DNA of 64,000 nucleotides from Octopus vulgaris. Its lineage: Eukaryota. The translations under genes and the position numbers were made by a program. Below are positions 62,501-64,000 of this stretch, piece after piece. The notes under the pieces are model-generated. The model was not told the DNA's origin. It saw nothing but the letters and a program-made list of their open reading frames with translations, and ran no database searches. The DNA is taken from contig OX597837.1 of NCBI GenBank assembly GCA_951406725.2, positions 13,020,001 to 13,084,000 on the forward strand, written 5' to 3'. How positions within the stretch are numbered: position 1 is the stretch's first letter; every line of letters begins with the position of its first letter.

Positions 62501-62974
62501 GATTTGACTGAGGACTGGCGAACCAGACTCCAATCTCACGACGATAATATTCATTCACAACAGTCACATGATGTCTAAACAAGAATGCATAAACACACTC
62601 ACTCACATATACAATGGGTTTCCACACAGTTTCCATCAACCAGATTTACTCACAAAGCATTGGTAAAGCCCACGGCTATAGTAGAAGACACTTGCTGTGC
62701 AGTGGGACTGAACCCAAAACCATGTGGTTGCACAGCAAGCTTCTTAACCACACGGCCATGCCCGAGCATGAAGATAACTAAATAAAAAAGAAAAAGAAAA
62801 CTGATTTACCAAGCTTTACATCTAATAAGATGTTGTCTTTAATGCCTGATGCAGCCAAACACCAATTCTCGATCTGCTTCATCAGTGACTTCAACTTTTG
62901 AATGTTTGAACATTTCTGCACCATGAAGTCAGAAGGGTTTTTCAAATGCGTCACCAGCACTTGTTCAACTTGAC
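34226..62974 (-). CDS. RNF17: RING finger protein 17 / TDRD4 / Qin ortholog, 3' 26 exons encoding five extended Tudor domains (5' end off-window)
   Basis: 26 GT-AG phase-consistent exons, 3359 nt, stop-free to TAA at 34226. Five W(Y/A)R..(Y/F)(V/I)D(Y/F)G(N/T) Tudor cores. DIPTSLQDALVFLGFAKY and CHLSGYIPAGDKKEWSQTACE match RNF17-specific segments as recalled ([39 protein letters not shown]). Confidence 0.88.
35428..35590 (-). CDS. RNF17: RNF17 exon: (R)IREISQKFLKLPSQAVRC...WTEEAM...DAVLQ
   Basis: GT-AG, phase 2 to 0; LP-x-QA-x-x-C extended Tudor motif. Confidence 0.92.
36173..36302 (-). CDS. RNF17: RNF17 exon, Tudor 5 core: GKACCCQFTVDDCWYRS...YVDYGTSE
   Basis: GT-AG, phase 1 to 2. Confidence 0.93.
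37504..37720. repeat. Perfect palindrome (108-bp arms, 1-nt spacer at 37612) made from a SINE fragment
   Basis: cttggtttctgcggctggg...gttatgtg c cacataac...cccagccgcagaaaccaag. Confidence 0.92.
37799..37940 (-). CDS. RNF17: RNF17 exon: IYFQNSQRSS...QLEEMSVELNEYALSAPPIKKTVV
   Basis: GT-AG, phase 0 to 1. Confidence 0.9.
38704..39019. mobile_element. hAT-like MITE
   Basis: Termini tagggattctcaacc / actgaaaaccactg resemble CAGTGGTTCTCAAC; similar ends at 61785-62019 and 18742. Confidence 0.55.
39534..39617 (-). CDS. RNF17: RNF17 exon: TCNPFKNMKFTFNKSIPVLVTHVELPNV
   Basis: GT-AG, phase 0 to 0; V-x-VTHV-x-x-P extended Tudor start. Confidence 0.9.
41155..41307 (-). CDS. RNF17: RNF17 exon: SSKENGTCEVRLIDPDGQELGELL...IAHMLQ
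   Basis: GT-AG, phase 0 to 0. Confidence 0.85.
42059..42139 (-). CDS. RNF17: RNF17 exon: VSGKWTSNILDVMHNIIVGKLCGIQQM
   Basis: GT-AG, phase 0 to 0. Confidence 0.9.
42930..43052 (-). CDS. RNF17: RNF17 exon, Tudor 4: VRYIDYGNHDMV...LHGIVP
   Basis: GT-AG, phase 0 to 0. Confidence 0.93.
44910..45085 (-). CDS. RNF17: RNF17 exon, Tudor 4: (D)ETSPLEELNKLL...WEIGDSCLCFYEAEKVWARATILAVQELIK
   Basis: GT-AG, phase 1 to 0. Confidence 0.92.
45539..45714 (-). CDS. RNF17: RNF17 exon: (K)LQTNSSPS...VVPTYIDDDGTIFAHECHK
   Basis: GT-AG, phase 2 to 1. Confidence 0.9.
45777..46090 (-). mobile_element. CR1-type LINE 3' end, third copy (internal deletion)
   Basis: TRGHICKVRKQHSSHDFRKHF/EAWNKLP. Confidence 0.8.
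46790..46932 (-). CDS. RNF17: RNF17 exon: EEIVNGSLPVDLLIE...LQENGLAIPTR
   Basis: GT-AG, phase 0 to 2. Confidence 0.9.
47122..47258. mobile_element. Small MITE with ~37-bp terminal inverted repeats
   Basis: tggttgtatactgtcaatctgacgtgaacgtgacagt / actgtcacgttcacgttagattaacagtatacaacca. Confidence 0.7.
47316..47623. mobile_element. Imperfect inverted repeat, Penelope-like, with decayed hammerhead motifs
   Basis: Arms of about 140 bp; C(T/C)GATAA..GAAA..GTA in both arms (left arm on minus: GAAAC-agct-GTA). Confidence 0.65.
47820..48029 (-). CDS. RNF17: RNF17 exon, Tudor 3: VFFVDFGNRE...CHLSGYIPAGDKKEWSQTACE...VVKK
   Basis: GT-AG, phase 0 to 0. Confidence 0.94.
49083..49245 (-). CDS. RNF17: RNF17 exon, Tudor 3: (S)LMESLEEYYN...SWYRARVHDILHSNLIQ
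   Basis: GT-AG, phase 2 to 0. Confidence 0.92.
49660..49823 (-). CDS. RNF17: RNF17 exon: QNDNLSSINP...EVTISVFRSLSEFYLHTVENHTKLT
   Basis: CAGCAG tandem acceptor (49823 or 49820), AG|gtgagt donor, phase 0 to 2. Confidence 0.88.
50785..50872 (-). CDS. RNF17: RNF17 linker exon: (A)PDKIPPICLRSCESPSINGSLSPEPSVEK
   Basis: GT-AG, phase 2 to 0. Confidence 0.82.
50955..51153. repeat. Degenerate minisatellite (agtgttacaac/tgtcactat units)
   Basis: tgttac recurs at short intervals. Confidence 0.75.
52255..52360 (-). CDS. RNF17: RNF17 exon: (A)VHDSYTEVVLQHTESNLIVNEAIVELGYAKKSAT
   Basis: GT-AG, phase 1 to 2; VN-x-x-(I/L)V-x-x-G-x-A terminal helix. Confidence 0.9.
53610..53667 (-). CDS. RNF17: RNF17 exon: GTNWLVENFLLKECLIEVV
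   Basis: GT-AG, phase 0 to 1. Confidence 0.85.
54420..54479 (-). CDS. RNF17: RNF17 exon: AKLCKLAYVEPLDSKEDWTM
   Basis: GT-AG, phase 0 to 0; C-x-L-x-x-V-x-P...W motif. Confidence 0.9.
55260..55435 (-). CDS. RNF17: RNF17 exon, Tudor 2 core: (D)LVCACQCPSDNMWYRAKV...YVDYGNTE...LPIQ
   Basis: GT-AG, phase 1 to 0. Confidence 0.95.
55971..56335 (-). mobile_element. R4/Dong-clade non-LTR retrotransposon 3' end
   Basis: TIAVVIGALGMIAKG...EIQKIVLMGTAHILRKILSM* (stop 56182) followed by a 3' UTR ending in (TAA)n. Confidence 0.75.
56968..57070 (-). CDS. RNF17: RNF17 exon: MGIEYQYLAVSMEDMQTIYQADTKDLWVIYCPVK
   Basis: GT-AG, phase 0 to 1. Confidence 0.88.
57146..57630. mobile_element. Two adjacent ~230-bp piggyBac-type MITEs (57146-57376, 57400-57630)
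   Basis: Each is TTAA-CCCTTT...AAAGGG-TTAA with similar bodies; another TTAA-flanked family is scattered (about 1056-1281, 9380-9486, 36500-36653, 63690-63920). Confidence 0.75.
58457..58563 (-). CDS. RNF17: RNF17 exon: (D)ATSRDYPSAERRFVSETLEVMVTHAENPLHFYIQK
   Basis: GT-AG, phase 1 to 0; V-x-VTH-x-x-x-P-x-x-FYIQ motif. Confidence 0.92.
59036..59189 (-). CDS. RNF17: RNF17 exon: VLKEQHGVWYCNL...DIPTSLQDALVFLGFAKY...LHK
   Basis: GT-AG, phase 0 to 1; RNF17-diagnostic motif as recalled. Confidence 0.92.
59939..60010 (-). CDS. RNF17: RNF17 exon: DDVWSAEAIKVFATIVHSKILTMT
   Basis: GT-AG, phase 0 to 0; WS-x-EA-x-x-x-F motif. Confidence 0.92.
61052..61136 (-). CDS. RNF17: RNF17 exon: (K)LLLPPVKFFKEPEYAIKCCLSNITSVSQ
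   Basis: GT-AG, phase 2 to 0. Confidence 0.9.
61524..61683 (-). CDS. RNF17: RNF17 exon, Tudor 1 core: (D)DFVFAQYSLDNNWYRARV...FYVDYGNSE
   Basis: GT-AG, phase 1 to 2. Confidence 0.95.
62810..62974 (-). CDS. RNF17: RNF17 first visible exon: QVEQVLVTHLKNPSDFMVQK...LLDVKL
   Basis: GT-AG, phase 1 to 1; extended Tudor start motif. Confidence 0.92.
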
Positions 62975-63059
62975 CTGAAATGAAATATCCAAAAACAGAA
63001 TCACCATTATTGTGTGTTTAAGTTTGCTGGGTTCAAGCAAAGAAAAACAAAACAGGTTT

Positions 63060-63285
63060 TGTGCCGATAATGTTATATGATGCAGAGACATGGGGTCTAA
63101 GAAAGGCGGAAAGGAGGCGACCAGATATGTTTGAGATGAGATGCTTGAGGGCCATGGTTGGTGTGACAGAGATGGACAGGATGAGGAATTAGGAAGAGTG
63201 AAGGCAAGCAGGAATGAGAGAAAATCTATGTACCAGGATGGATAGATGAATTTTAAGGTGGTTTGGCCACATGGAGTGGATTATG
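63060..63285 (+). mobile_element. Decayed RTE-clade LINE fragment
   Basis: VPIMLYDAETW..FEMRCLRAMVGVT..DRMRN*..LRWFGHM with in-frame stops. Confidence 0.8.
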
Positions 63286-64000
63286 ACAGTTCCACTCATT
63301 TACAACATGACTGTTGTAAATGGGTGGAAGTGTCATAAAAATGGTTCTCATTCATTTCTAACGTTCTGCAGAAATATGTTCAGATCATCATCATCATCAT
63401 CATTTAAACGTCTGCTTTCCATGCTAGCATGGGTTGGACGGTTCGACCGGGATCTGGTAAGCCATGGAGGCTGCACCAGACTCTAGTCTGATCTGGCAGT
63501 GTTTCATGGGGAAATATTACCTCGCTTGGAAACAGGTCTCAACAGATTCCATCTGACTCATGCAAACATGGGAAAGTGGATGTTAAAACAATGAATATTC
63601 CAAACATAAATGGATGTAACTGGATACAAGGAATTTTCTCAGAATTGCTAAAGCACCAGACAAAATTCCAATGCTTTGCAGAACCTAATTATGCCTTAAT
63701 TAGGTATTTTAGTATTCTCGTTACTGTGTCAGATGTCACGCTCATTTATTGACATTGTTGTAAATAAATCATGCACTACCCTGTAACTTTGAAATTTCAA
63801 TGAGGTAAATGCTTAGATTTAGAATGACATTGTAGTGTAGGTGTGAGAGGCTGGATCTGGCTGGCTTGATTGATGAACGGGTAGAATATTTCGGATGGAT
63901 TCGGCTGGTTTAAATGCTAAATTAAAATACTAAACTTAAATCAAAACAATCCATACCAGATATTGATCTTTGTAGCAGATGGGGTCGTCTCAACGCTTGC

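Overview
AT-rich, microsatellite- and SINE-dense eukaryotic DNA. The repeat families and style suggest an octopus (coleoid cephalopod); this is inference. Almost all ORF-track entries are microsatellite or SINE artefacts. I reconstructed two spliced genes by hand, both on the minus strand, with GT-AG junctions and consistent intron phases. (1) The 3' 26 exons (62974 to 34226, about 1118 aa) of a five-extended-Tudor protein recognisable as RNF17/TDRD4/Qin, a piRNA-pathway gene; its 5' end lies beyond the right edge. (2) Eleven exons (16599 to <1, 414 codons visible) of a single-pass receptor with a signal-like segment, two FN3-like domains resembling the IL-17 receptor ectodomain and a TM helix; the cytoplasmic part runs off the left edge. 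The rest is tRNA-derived SINEs; CR1, RTE and R4/Dong LINE ends; mariner, hAT-, piggyBac- and Helitron-type non-autonomous elements; and Penelope-like inverted repeats carrying minimal hammerhead ribozymes. Two perfect intronic palindromes have 166-bp and 108-bp arms. I see no clearly new multi-gene system. The best leads are the IL-17R-like gene, the double-hammerhead palindrome and the intronic dsRNA structures. Repeat boundaries are approximate; exon boundaries were read base by base.
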